From positions 1 through 53,474 of the IMG/VR virus record IMGVR_UViG_3300025131_010455: a stretch of 53,474 bases of DNA; one strand, 5' to 3'. The translations under genes were made by a program, and so were the position numbers. Numbering within the stretch: position 1 is the stretch's first letter; the number at the start of each line of letters is the position of its first letter. The notes under the pieces were generated by a model, which did no database searches, was not told the DNA's origin, and saw nothing but the letters and a program-made list of their open reading frames with translations. Of this stretch, positions 29,807 through 39,406 are shown piece after piece. This DNA is from a virus (Duplodnaviria > Caudoviricetes).

Positions 29807-30348
29807 TTTTCTAAATACCTCACATCTTCTATTGTGTGCACATCGTGTAAATCACAAACAACGACACCGCAGTTTGTACTCAAGTCCTCTTGAAAAACAT
29901 AGTCACCTTTAAAAATACGAAAAGCGGCATTTTGCATTAAGTTGTTATCAACACTAAAAACTTCATCTCTTTCATGCTTAAGAAACGTGTCAATGGCTTC
30001 ATCCAAATGATTTCCTTTAACTTCAGGAGAATTTGCTTGAAGCGAAATAAACACATCAACCTTCAATTCCTCGACTATGTGTTGTGCAGCAGATCTAATT
30101 ACAGCTTGTTTGTATGTTTTTGAATCCGACAACTCCGGATCTCTTCTGTGTATTTTCGCTCCAAAGCTTTTAGCAATCTCTTCGATTTCACCATCTTCCG
30201 TACTTACCCAAGGTTCAATGTTATATCTTGATTCCTTACAAGCTTTAATGGCCCAATATAACATAGGTTTTCCCCAAACGGGATAAATGTTTTTTCTTGG
30301 AAGTCTTCTAGAGTTTCCCCTTGCTGGTATTATCGCTATAACTTTCAC
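29803..30348 (-). CDS. neuA: Acylneuraminate cytidylyltransferase family protein (NeuA/KdsB-like)
   Basis: AIIPARGNSRRLPRKN, GKPML, VSTED, LQANSP, DVHTIED. Two genes from the neuB-like gene. Confidence 0.85.
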   Translation of the reverse strand: MKVIAIIPARGNSRRLPRKNIYPVWGKPMLYWAIKACKESRYNIEPWVSTEDGEIEEIAKSFGAKIHRRDPELSDSKTYKQAVIRSAAQHIVEELKVDVFISLQANSPEVKGNHLDEAIDTFLKHERDEVFSVDNNLMQNAAFRIFKGDYVFQEDLSTNCGVVVCDLHDVHTIEDVRYLEK

Positions 30349-31352
30349 TTTTGTTCTAAATAATCTAAAATTCTTTTTGAAGAGTTACCAGTAAATAAAT
30401 GATTTTCAATTGATTTATTAAAAGAATCGTCTAAATCTGTTTTTAACAAAAAATTTGCTGCATCTTCAATTTTATTACTAACAAAATTGTTGCTCATCTC
30501 TATGCAGTAGTCATAATTATAAAGGATATCCAATGGCCTTTTAAATGGTTTAATATGAAAATTTATAAGAGGCCTTTTTAGCAAAACACATTCTTTGATT
30601 GCAGTGGAACTAAAATTAATTATTAAATCAGATACATGCATCAACTCCATTGAATCATGAGGATACCAAGAAAAATCTACAAAATGGTGGTCTCCACAGA
30701 TATAAGCACGTCTATCATAGATATCCTTTCCTCGTGTTTTTGTGACAATATCTAAACCCATATTCCGTAGAGATTCATAGATTTTTACAATGGTCTTCGA
30801 GGGCCCGCCGGCAGATACAGCCATATTATGAATATCTCTGGCTCTCGGAAGAATAACAAATGCTTTTCTTTTATTTAAATTAAGATTATATTTTTTACAT
30901 ATTTCTTCATTATTAAACGATACATCGTATTTGGGAGAACCTAAATAAAGATTTTTTTGTGAAACTACCTGATGATATTCAGCCATAAATTGGCTTGGAA
31001 GAATTACATGATCTACCATATCCACATATCTACCATGGTGACTGGTAAAATCAGTCATATAGGTTAAAGAATATTTTTTGCCTTTGAACCCAGACAACAA
31101 ATTAGATCGCACTCCTTCTATTAAAAAGAATGGCATTCCATTGTCTTCCAACTTTGATATATCTCTAAGTTCGAAATCATATTTTTTAGAAAGATTATTT
31201 AAACTTTCTTGATGCTTATGTGGAGAATTATACTTACCAGTTCTACCAACAAAAAAAATAGATTTTATGCCTCTTTTGTTACCTTCAATAACCAAAGGAA
31301 TAAAATATCTTAGAAAAGTCATTTCACATACAATAAAGTTTATTTGTGTCAT
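30345..31352 (-). CDS. GT-B-fold transferase (TagF/glycerophosphotransferase-like or CMP-ulosonate transferase-like)
   Basis: LYLGSPKYD, SDLIINFSSTAIKECVLLKRPLI, GNSSKRIL. Directly upstream of neuA. Likely start 31352 (track 31430). Confidence 0.6.
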   Translation of the reverse strand: MTQINFIVCEMTFLRYFIPLVIEGNKRGIKSIFFVGRTGKYNSPHKHQESLNNLSKKYDFELRDISKLEDNGMPFFLIEGVRSNLLSGFKGKKYSLTYMTDFTSHHGRYVDMVDHVILPSQFMAEYHQVVSQKNLYLGSPKYDVSFNNEEICKKYNLNLNKRKAFVILPRARDIHNMAVSAGGPSKTIVKIYESLRNMGLDIVTKTRGKDIYDRRAYICGDHHFVDFSWYPHDSMELMHVSDLIINFSSTAIKECVLLKRPLINFHIKPFKRPLDILYNYDYCIEMSNNFVSNKIEDAANFLLKTDLDDSFNKSIENHLFTGNSSKRILDYLEQK

Positions 31353-31362
31353 ATTGTTTCGT

Positions 31363-31722
31363 TCAATTTCCTCTATACGCGCGCAGCACTTTAATTTGGT
31401 CTTCTGCATTAAACTCAAAAACATCCACAACTAAAAGTTCTTCTTCATCTAATGATAAAACCATTTCACAAACGAGAATGCCACCAATATCTTCATGAAT
31501 ATGAGATATATTAATTTCAATATTATCTATGGAATTAAAAATTTCTGAAAAAAGGTTAATAACGTTTTGTTTGCCAACTATTGTTCCAACATTCCAGTCT
31601 GTTAACGTACAATCCGCTGAAAATAAAATAGATATGCTATCAATATCTTTGTTTTCAAAAAAATCTAAATAATCTTCAATAACTTGTGATCTAATCACGT
31701 TATTGATTACTAAATCTGCCAT
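31363..31722 (-). CDS. SnoaL/NTF2-like domain protein
   Basis: YLDFFENKDIDSISILFSADCTLTDW..GKQNV...VVDVFEFN..QIKVLRAY is a typical SnoaL_2 pattern. SD AAAGGAG. Confidence 0.85.
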   Translation of the reverse strand: MADLVINNVIRSQVIEDYLDFFENKDIDSISILFSADCTLTDWNVGTIVGKQNVINLFSEIFNSIDNIEINISHIHEDIGGILVCEMVLSLDEEELLVVDVFEFNAEDQIKVLRAYRGN

Positions 31723-31766
31723 GCTGCTCCTTTGTGTATTTGTTTGCCAAGACTTGTATATAACAG

Positions 31767-33503
31767 CTATTCAACAATAATCGATTCGTTGCCAGGATAT
31801 AATTCTCTTTTAATGAAATCAGCTTCATCTTCTTTTGTGCTACGAGTGTGCAAAGGAAAATAACCAGCATCTCCTGGCAACGTTGCTGGAAGTTTAATTT
31901 TAGCGTTTATTTCTTCGCGACCATCTATTTCAGAAGTCCACCATTCTTCACTTTTGCGAAAATCCCATTTTGATTCCTCGTCTTGAATTTTTTTGAACTC
32001 AGGCAATAAAATCTTTTCACGTATTAATTTAGAACTAAATTGGGAAGTATCTTCTTGCATTTCTATAAGGTCAAAATATTCCTCTGGCAACTTCATATAT
32101 AACTGAAACGATTGCATCAAGTTTTTTAGTTCTTGTTTTGTAATTTGTGGCATTACCAATTGAGATTCGGATCTGTATACATCTTCATGTTTGCCTTGGC
32201 TTGCGGGCATATATCCTCTTTCAACACACAATGGACGAAGGGGGGCGCCGCGATAAGGGTGAAAAAATGTAACCGTCGCGCTGGTTGGATTAAGTTTTCG
32301 ATTAAGCATAATTGTTTCAAGAATATCTTCCCTTGTTTCATCGGGGAGCCCTATTATATTAAAAGAAGAGCATCTAATTTTATATTTATGCGCTAAAGCA
32401 AAAACTTTTTCAACATGTTCATCTCTATAATTTCTTTTTAAAATTTTTCTTCTTACTCTGTCACTTCCTGATTCGACTCCAACACATACATTTCTTAATC
32501 CGGCCTTAACTGCCATGGCAAAAGCATCTTCACGAACAAGTCTAGGCTGTAAGTTTACTGAAAATGGCAAACCAACATATTTTAGATATAATTCACAAAA
32601 CTCTTCCATTATTTCTGGTTCGTGTAAAGGAAAAATGTCATCAACGAACATAAAAAAATTAAGATTAAATCTTTCTTTAAACTCAGCTAATTCTTTAACC
32701 AACAAATGAGCATCTTTTTTTCTATAATATTCTTTTGCACTTACTTTGGCGGCCTTATAAAATGTTTCATTAGCACAATATGAACATCTGAAAACACATC
32801 CTCGTGTCCAAATAACAGTTGCCATATTATACATTCTACCACCCAATGGTCTTAGAAAGTGACGAGGATCAAAAATGCTTAAATCAGGCGGTAAGCCTTT
32901 AGATATATTGGGAAGTGTAACAGCATTTTTATGAACTATACCGTTATTTTTATAATCTTTGTCTTTTACCCAAAAATTAGGAATTTTATATAATTTTTCC
33001 CAACCATCTAAGCCGTGTTCTTCAAATAAATTTACTAGTTCAACTAATTTTTCCTCTGCTTCTCCTCTGCCCACAATATCAACACAATCATGCTCAATTA
33101 TATCTTCAGGTACTAATGTCGAAAGAGGTCCACCACAGATTGTAGGTACTTCCGGAAAAAGTTTTTTGCAGTGTGTTAATAATTCCATTCCAAACGCATG
33201 ATTAGGATCTACAGTAGAGATACAAATTATGTTTGGTTTAAATGATTTAATTTCTTTTTCTAATTCAACATATACATCAATGTCTTTTTCTACAAGGCCT
33301 AATTTTTCAAAATCTGGATTTACAACTTGTAAGTTTTTTTCTCTTAATGCATCGTCGGAGGGGACAATACCACATCTAATAAATGTTGTATCAAATAACT
33401 TGAAATTATGACCAGCAACTTTTAAATAAGAAGCAAGATATCCTATTCCCAAAGGCGCTCTGGTAACCATTACCTTGTTGGGATATATCATTAATATATT
33501 CAT
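31767..33503 (-). CDS. Cobalamin-binding radical SAM protein (class B methyltransferase-like)
   Basis: N-terminal B12-binding region (PLGIGYLASYL, ICGGP, RGEAE), TRGCVFRCSYC (CxxxCxxC), FVDDIF, GVESGS, IIGLPDET, PYRGAPL. Confidence 0.9.
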   Translation of the reverse strand: MNILMIYPNKVMVTRAPLGIGYLASYLKVAGHNFKLFDTTFIRCGIVPSDDALREKNLQVVNPDFEKLGLVEKDIDVYVELEKEIKSFKPNIICISTVDPNHAFGMELLTHCKKLFPEVPTICGGPLSTLVPEDIIEHDCVDIVGRGEAEEKLVELVNLFEEHGLDGWEKLYKIPNFWVKDKDYKNNGIVHKNAVTLPNISKGLPPDLSIFDPRHFLRPLGGRMYNMATVIWTRGCVFRCSYCANETFYKAAKVSAKEYYRKKDAHLLVKELAEFKERFNLNFFMFVDDIFPLHEPEIMEEFCELYLKYVGLPFSVNLQPRLVREDAFAMAVKAGLRNVCVGVESGSDRVRRKILKRNYRDEHVEKVFALAHKYKIRCSSFNIIGLPDETREDILETIMLNRKLNPTSATVTFFHPYRGAPLRPLCVERGYMPASQGKHEDVYRSESQLVMPQITKQELKNLMQSFQLYMKLPEEYFDLIEMQEDTSQFSSKLIREKILLPEFKKIQDEESKWDFRKSEEWWTSEIDGREEINAKIKLPATLPGDAGYFPLHTRSTKEDEADFIKRELYPGNESIIVE

Positions 33504-34873
33504 TATCTTTTTTCCTCTTTTCTTAAGAAGATTCTAAGATCTTCAGGAGTTCCAAGCCCCCACATTTTTTCTATATGAAATATCTTGATTTTTTTATCAT
33601 CCTGTATAGCTTCATTAAAGATTGGACAAACATAAAACTCATTATTCACACGAATATTTTTTTCTATCATTTGCTCGGCGTATTTTATAAAATCGCTTCC
33701 TTTTTTCCAATAATATATTCCACAAGTGGCGATATTGCTAATAGGTTTTTTCTCTGCCACTTCTGTGGCGAATCCATTTTCTCCTAACTTGACAAAACTC
33801 CATTTTGGGTGAGTCGCTGTAAATGTTGCAATACCTCCGTCCACTTCATCCGCGACCATCGAGTACATAAACTGATTACTGTCCCAGTCGAGAAATTGAT
33901 CCGAGTTGGCGAAAAGAAGAGGTTCGTCATTGTCTATAAACTCTTTTGCTAACAAAGCTGTGCAGGCTGCGCCTTCCGTTATTTTATCAACTTGAATAAT
34001 CTCGCAATCTGGAGAAATTAAATTTAATAAATACTTAAGATTATATTTGTCATAATGTTCTTTCTGGACAACAAAAATGTGTCTAGCTTCAATATTAAGA
34101 TTTTCAATTACTGCTTGAATCATCGGCTTTCCGTTAACCTCTATTAGAGGTTTTGGAAAAGTATATCCCATTTGTTGGAATCGGGATCCTGCGCCAGCCA
34201 TTGGGATAAGGACATTCATTTTTCCGCCCTTCCACTTTGGTTTAACTTCCTTTTGTTTAATTAAATTCAGACAATTATTTATTTTTTCGTATGTAACCTC
34301 AGATGGGTCTCTTACTGCGCAAAGATTAGCTCCAGAATTAATAGCAGCAGTGCGGCCAACATGTGAATCTTCTATTATTAAACATTCTTTTGGTTCAACG
34401 CCTGCCTTAATCATACATCGTAAATAAATTTCAGAACTTGGTTTTGGTTTTTGAACATCTTGATTAGAAAATATTTCGCTAATATATTCCAATAGCCCCT
34501 TTTTTAAAAGCATTGTCTTCACTGTTTTTTTAATAGAATTTGAAGCACAATAAATTTTATAGCCTTCCTCAAAAAGTTTTTTTAACATTTCTTTTTTCAA
34601 GTTGTCTTGTTCAAGATTGCTAATTAGTTCAACTGTGTAGTCTTGCTTTTTTTGCCAAATGTCATCATAAAATCCTTCGGGCAAGTCTTTTTTTTCTGTT
34701 AAAATCTGCAGCTTTTTAGAAGTTGGCAAGCCATCATAAGTAGAAAGATGTTCATTACGATCAATGACATACTTTTTATCGATACTGGCAAGAGCACGAT
34801 TTAAAGCTTCATAGTGCATTTCTCGCGCATCTACTAAAACTCCATCTAAATCAAAAATTATTAATTTAATCAT
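33503..34873 (-). CDS. Fusion of a HAD-IA phosphatase and a sugar-phosphate nucleotidyltransferase
   Basis: FDLDGVL, KPKP and IEDSHVG (HAD), then MNVLIPMAGAGSRF..PKPLI, EKKPISNIATCGIYY, NEFYV and LGTPEDL (NTP transferase). Confidence 0.9.
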   Translation of the reverse strand: MIKLIIFDLDGVLVDAREMHYEALNRALASIDKKYVIDRNEHLSTYDGLPTSKKLQILTEKKDLPEGFYDDIWQKKQDYTVELISNLEQDNLKKEMLKKLFEEGYKIYCASNSIKKTVKTMLLKKGLLEYISEIFSNQDVQKPKPSSEIYLRCMIKAGVEPKECLIIEDSHVGRTAAINSGANLCAVRDPSEVTYEKINNCLNLIKQKEVKPKWKGGKMNVLIPMAGAGSRFQQMGYTFPKPLIEVNGKPMIQAVIENLNIEARHIFVVQKEHYDKYNLKYLLNLISPDCEIIQVDKITEGAACTALLAKEFIDNDEPLLFANSDQFLDWDSNQFMYSMVADEVDGGIATFTATHPKWSFVKLGENGFATEVAEKKPISNIATCGIYYWKKGSDFIKYAEQMIEKNIRVNNEFYVCPIFNEAIQDDKKIKIFHIEKMWGLGTPEDLRIFLRKEEKR

Positions 34874-35319
34874 TGTTGCCTTTTGCTTTTGTAATTATAA
34901 GTAGTAATATAATCACTACATATGCCTGTGCAATAATTTAGATTTTCATCAAATCCATTTTCTGGTAAAACACATATTGAACTTTTGGTCAATTTTTTCT
35001 TTGGAAAAGTCCATATAAAACCACGAGATGTTAATGTTGCATCATCATTGTCATGAAAAAAACAATGAACTTCATTATCCAATAAAAACTCAAGCGCTTC
35101 TATATTTTTACAATGACACCAAAAATGTTCATTCTTTAAATAATCAAGTTCTATTTGATACTGGGGCTCGTCATGGCCAAGATATAATTTATTGTTGATA
35201 TACCAGACATCAACTTCTACATCATAACCTTTAGAAATAGCATTATTTAAATATTTTGGATTATTTTCCAAATCTAGCTGTGGTCCGGATATGTTTCCTC
35301 TGTGAGCTATTAAAAACAC
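34870..35319 (-). CDS. Small glycerophosphodiester phosphodiesterase / PI-PLC-like protein
   Basis: IAHRGN, EN, GYDVEVDV, LGHD, GICSD. Only 149 aa. Confidence 0.8.
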   Translation of the reverse strand: MFLIAHRGNISGPQLDLENNPKYLNNAISKGYDVEVDVWYINNKLYLGHDEPQYQIELDYLKNEHFWCHCKNIEALEFLLDNEVHCFFHDNDDATLTSRGFIWTFPKKKLTKSSICVLPENGFDENLNYCTGICSDYITTYNYKSKRQQ

Positions 35320-36233
35320 TAATTTTCACCTTTATTAATTTTCACTACTTCAATTTCCCCATTTGGTAAATTTCTGATTAATTTTTCACTTATAGCTCTT
35401 ATGTTATTTCGTTCTTTAATCATATCTGTATCTGGAGTTGCCTCACACAGATGATACCATTCACGAACAGGTGGACTTTGACCCATAACTTTTGATTTTT
35501 CACCAATCTCCCAAGGTCTCGGGGGGCCAACAAATTTAATAAAATTAATTAATCCAGTTTTAACTAAAAAATATCTTAACCAAAAATGATTATGAGTAAA
35601 TTTACCAGGAAAATGATCAATCTTTCTTAAAAAATCAAATATGTTGTCGCACACGAGATCAATATAATTTGAATTAGATATCATCCACAAATCGTGTATA
35701 CCATGATGCATTCCTTTTTCTGGATTCCATCCATCTGGACCGGGTACGTAAATCATATCTTTGTTCATCGATGGAAAATAAAAATCTATCAAATAAGCAA
35801 GATCATATCTTGTAAACATTACAAAATCATATTTAAACCCGTTTTCTTCTTCGTGTTTTTTCTTTAATTCATTTACTATTTTTGCTGAATACCATTTACT
35901 AAACATTGAGTGGAAACGAAGATTATCCAAACCTTTAAACTTGCCATCCACCCATTTATTTATTTCTCCACCAGGACCATTTGGATCTCCAACAATATAT
36001 TCAAAGTCAAAAGTAATTTGAGGTTCGAATTTGTGCGCCACGGGTTTATATAAATCTATCAATTCGTTTTCTGATTCGGTTGACCAAGAATGCATAAAAA
36101 CATCTACGTTTTCATTAATGTTTAAAATGTATTTTTTAAAATGATTATATGATAAGTTAACCGGTAGAGGTGATCCAGTGTTGTATTTGTCTGCTGTGCC
36201 GGCCAAACCATGCAATAAAATAGCTATTCTCAA
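35319..36233 (-). CDS. Putative GT-A-like transferase (WavE-like / uncharacterised family)
   Basis: IAILLHG, VDVFMHSW, SMFSKWYS, KYDFVMFTRYDL and IHDLW follow the pattern of uncharacterised glycan-locus transferases. TTG start with SD AAGGAG. Confidence 0.55.
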   Translation of the reverse strand: MRIAILLHGLAGTADKYNTGSPLPVNLSYNHFKKYILNINENVDVFMHSWSTESENELIDLYKPVAHKFEPQITFDFEYIVGDPNGPGGEINKWVDGKFKGLDNLRFHSMFSKWYSAKIVNELKKKHEEENGFKYDFVMFTRYDLAYLIDFYFPSMNKDMIYVPGPDGWNPEKGMHHGIHDLWMISNSNYIDLVCDNIFDFLRKIDHFPGKFTHNHFWLRYFLVKTGLINFIKFVGPPRPWEIGEKSKVMGQSPPVREWYHLCEATPDTDMIKERNNIRAISEKLIRNLPNGEIEVVKINKGEN

Positions 36234-36254
36234 TTATTTCTCCTTTTGATTCAC

Positions 36255-36860
36255 TCAGTTCTTGATGCCAGAAATTAAAATATATAATTGAGGTTTATCA
36301 GACCATAAAGCTCTTATATTATACGAGATATCAAAATATTTTTTAATGGTATTTATTTTTAAAACTTTTGGAGTTTCTTCGAAAATGGACTCTTTTATAT
36401 TTTTTATATAGCCATATTTGGCGACCCTTGCTCCAAAAAGTTCAAATTCAGAATTTTTAATAAACGAATCATCCCAAACAGTCGACCAAAGAAAATTATC
36501 TTTTCCATAAGCACACTCGTGTTCTCCATCTTTGACCCAGCCTAATTTATAATTTTCGAATCTCCAATGATCGCCCAAGCCCCAATCTGCATATAATTTT
36601 CCGCCTTCATTTAAATTTTGATAACACCTTTTTATAAAATCCTCGGGATTGTTCGCAAAATAAGGACATCTTAGGGAGATTATAGTGTCATACTTTTTCT
36701 CTAACTTCCAATCGCTGTTAATGTTCCAATTGTTTAGACTAAGATCATATAAATCTCCTTCGAATAAGCCATTTTCAGTAAAGCCCAACAAAGCAACTTC
36801 ACCTTCTGGTTTAATATGTTGTTTGTAAAAAGGAAATAAAAATATATTTGAGCGGCCCAC
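36255..36860 (-). CDS. Degenerate class I SAM-methyltransferase-like protein (paralog of 41962-42834)
   Basis: KYDTIISLRCPYF..FIKRCYQNLNEGGKL resembles motifs II-III. Canonical GxGxG motif I is absent (VALLGF). Confidence 0.55.
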   Translation of the reverse strand: MGRSNIFLFPFYKQHIKPEGEVALLGFTENGLFEGDLYDLSLNNWNINSDWKLEKKYDTIISLRCPYFANNPEDFIKRCYQNLNEGGKLYADWGLGDHWRFENYKLGWVKDGEHECAYGKDNFLWSTVWDDSFIKNSEFELFGARVAKYGYIKNIKESIFEETPKVLKINTIKKYFDISYNIRALWSDKPQLYILISGIKN

Positions 36861-37546
36861 TAAAGCATTCCTTCCATAAAACAGAATTCTATATTTTCTC
36901 TTTCACTGGATAAAAAATCTTTTAAACTCTCAGACATGTCCTTGTTTAAATAATTTCTATCCCACTCGCATGCATGATATACAATTTCAGTTTTTTCAGA
37001 AAACTCCAAAGGATCAAATGGAGGATTACATGTTGCGTATACAATCTTATCAAACTCTTCTTCATGTGGAAATCTCGGAGAAAAGGTTAAGATTTTTATA
37101 TTATTTTTTTTAGAGGCATTGATTGCATCTTTAGACATCTTCCACGCAGGAGGTCTGAAAATAGGTTTAAATGTATTATGAAGATCTGCAGCTTCTGCTA
37201 TCTTGAACATCATCTTAAATAAACTATCAGCATTTTGAAAATTAATTTTTTTAAATTCATCATTATTGGAGACACCTGGAATTCCATGATGGTAACCATG
37301 ATATCCAAGTTCAAAATTTTCCGAAGGTAATTGTTTCAAGGTTTCACAAAAATCTGAAAAATGATTTATGAAAAGAGGTCCTTTTGTTGCTGTGTTGCCA
37401 ACTGTTCTCCAATAAGCCATGGGAACGAATAAAGTAAATTTAATCTGTTCATATTCTTCTATAAGCTCATAACATCGCTCCAAAACTTTAACTGAAGATA
37501 GAGGATGAGGAGACACATCATCGATGCTTATGTTAACCATGTACAT
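36860..37546 (-). CDS. Polysaccharide deacetylase-like protein (NodB/CE4, DUF2334-like)
   Basis: ISIDDV, FTLFV, ELGYHGYHH, FRPPAW. Confidence 0.8.
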   Translation of the reverse strand: MYMVNISIDDVSPHPLSSVKVLERCYELIEEYEQIKFTLFVPMAYWRTVGNTATKGPLFINHFSDFCETLKQLPSENFELGYHGYHHGIPGVSNNDEFKKINFQNADSLFKMMFKIAEAADLHNTFKPIFRPPAWKMSKDAINASKKNNIKILTFSPRFPHEEEFDKIVYATCNPPFDPLEFSEKTEIVYHACEWDRNYLNKDMSESLKDFLSSERENIEFCFMEGML

Positions 37547-38453
37547 GTTCTATTACCCTTATATATTCTTCTATTATATCGTTAATTGTACATGCATAGT
37601 TCATTGTTTTTTCTTTATATTTATTATAGCTGTTTTTAATCTCTTGAATGCACGCAATCATTTGCTCAAAGTTGTCGTACCCTAATCCATATTCACTGCA
37701 ATAATTTAATATGCTACCTCCGTTATTGTGATAAATAACAGGAATACCGGCTGCCAATGCTTCTAGGACATGATTTGCGCCTGCTTCTTCTTCTGACGCT
37801 GTTAAATATATATCATGTTTAGAAAGTAGGTTTGCTAAAAAATCATTATCTCCTGTAGCTTCTACACAATTAACATTTTTAAAGTTACAGTCTTTGGGCA
37901 TGCGACCTACAAAAGTAAAAGAAATATCTTTGTGTTCACCTATATAATCGTCAAATAGCTTATAATACTTAAACCCTTTTTTTGGATTTGTTGACCAATG
38001 ATGGGTCACAACGCTCAGTGTTTCATTTAAATTGTTGTTCTTTTTATATTTATGAAACACATTCAAAGGTGCGTTATGAATAACGCTAAAATTTTGCCCC
38101 TTGTAGTCTAAATATTCTTTAGCCCATTCGCTAGGAAAAATTAAATAGTCTGATAAATCGACAGCACGTGCAACAAGATTAGTTAGTTCTGGTTTACCAT
38201 GTGTGCCAAGATCCCCAACCCTTTGAATTATTTTTGTATGAGGATGGGCAATTTTATAATTTAAAATGTGTCGATACCACTCGCTAAATTCATTTGGTCG
38301 AGGATCAAAGCAAAAAATTAAATCGATGTTTTCCTCTAACGTAAACACAACTTGATGTTCTAGCTTTGTCAAAGATTCAAACAAATTGGTTACAACCTTA
38401 TTACCACCGCCCCATGGGCCATGTACAGGTCTTCTGTTTAAATAAATTTTCAT
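37533..38453 (-). CDS. Glycosyltransferase family 4 (GT-B)
   Basis: GPWGGG, IFPSEW, VIHN, KKG, DIYLTASEEEAGANHVLEALAAGIPV. Likely start 38453 (ATGA-type coupling region; track 38474). Confidence 0.88.
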   Translation of the reverse strand: MKIYLNRRPVHGPWGGGNKVVTNLFESLTKLEHQVVFTLEENIDLIFCFDPRPNEFSEWYRHILNYKIAHPHTKIIQRVGDLGTHGKPELTNLVARAVDLSDYLIFPSEWAKEYLDYKGQNFSVIHNAPLNVFHKYKKNNNLNETLSVVTHHWSTNPKKGFKYYKLFDDYIGEHKDISFTFVGRMPKDCNFKNVNCVEATGDNDFLANLLSKHDIYLTASEEEAGANHVLEALAAGIPVIYHNNGGSILNYCSEYGLGYDNFEQMIACIQEIKNSYNKYKEKTMNYACTINDIIEEYIRVIEHVHG

Positions 38454-39406
38454 TTTTTTTCTTGTATATACCAAGCTATAGTTTCATAAAGTCCCTCATT
38501 TAGCCCTACAAATTTATGTTCACCAATATATTTTTTTAATTTGTTGATGTCCGGTTGTCTTTTCAGGGTATCATAATCTCTTTCTGGTAAATAAGCTGGA
38601 TTGTATTCCTTATTTAATATTTGATTAATTGTTTTGGCTAAATATTCTATGGTGACTTCTTCATCATTGCCAATGTTTATTATTTCATTGTCAGACATGT
38701 CGATAAGTCTTACAACAGCTTCAACATGATCTTCTACAAAACAAAAGCTTCTTGTGTGTTTACCAGTGCCTATTATAGTAAATCGCTCCTGAGAATGAGC
38801 TTTTCTTATAAATTCGGGTACGACTTGGCCATATTTTGTTACGTCCATTCTAGGTCCGTATGTATTGAATATTCTTAAAATAACATAACTTATATTTTTT
38901 TGTTTACAAAAATGTTTAACATAAAAATCACCCAAAGCTTTTGAAGATGCATAGCTATCTCTGTCAGAATAAACATTTAAAAGAATGTGGTGTTCTTCCG
39001 GTGTTGGAGTTGGCGGATTATTCCCATATACTTCAGAAGAAGATGCATAAAGTATTTTTTTAACCCTGCTGTTTGGGTGATCGCATGCAGCCAAAATTGT
39101 TTGCGTCATGGCTACATTATCATCGAACACTTTATATGGTATGTCATAAAAATACTGAGTGCCATTAATAGCAGCGTAATGAAATACTATTTCTGGTAGA
39201 TGAGTTGTCATTATATCTTTTAGAGTGTGTAAGTCCTTCGAAACATCGCATGCATAAAAATAAAAATTATCATGTTCCGGCAAATTTTCTATTTTGCCTC
39301 TAAAAAAATTATCCACTCCGATAACTTTATAGCCATGAGCCAATAATTTATCGCATAAATGACTACCTAAAAAGCCTGCCGCACCGGTAACTAAAACACA
39401 TTTCAC
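38450..39406 (-). CDS. NAD-dependent epimerase/dehydratase (UDP-glucuronate decarboxylase-like SDR)
   Basis: VTGAAGFLGSHLCD, ASSSEVYG, YASSK, RIFNTYGPRM, TRSFCFVED, RQPDI. Confidence 0.9.
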   Translation of the reverse strand: MKCVLVTGAAGFLGSHLCDKLLAHGYKVIGVDNFFRGKIENLPEHDNFYFYACDVSKDLHTLKDIMTTHLPEIVFHYAAINGTQYFYDIPYKVFDDNVAMTQTILAACDHPNSRVKKILYASSSEVYGNNPPTPTPEEHHILLNVYSDRDSYASSKALGDFYVKHFCKQKNISYVILRIFNTYGPRMDVTKYGQVVPEFIRKAHSQERFTIIGTGKHTRSFCFVEDHVEAVVRLIDMSDNEIINIGNDEEVTIEYLAKTINQILNKEYNPAYLPERDYDTLKRQPDINKLKKYIGEHKFVGLNEGLYETIAWYIQEKK

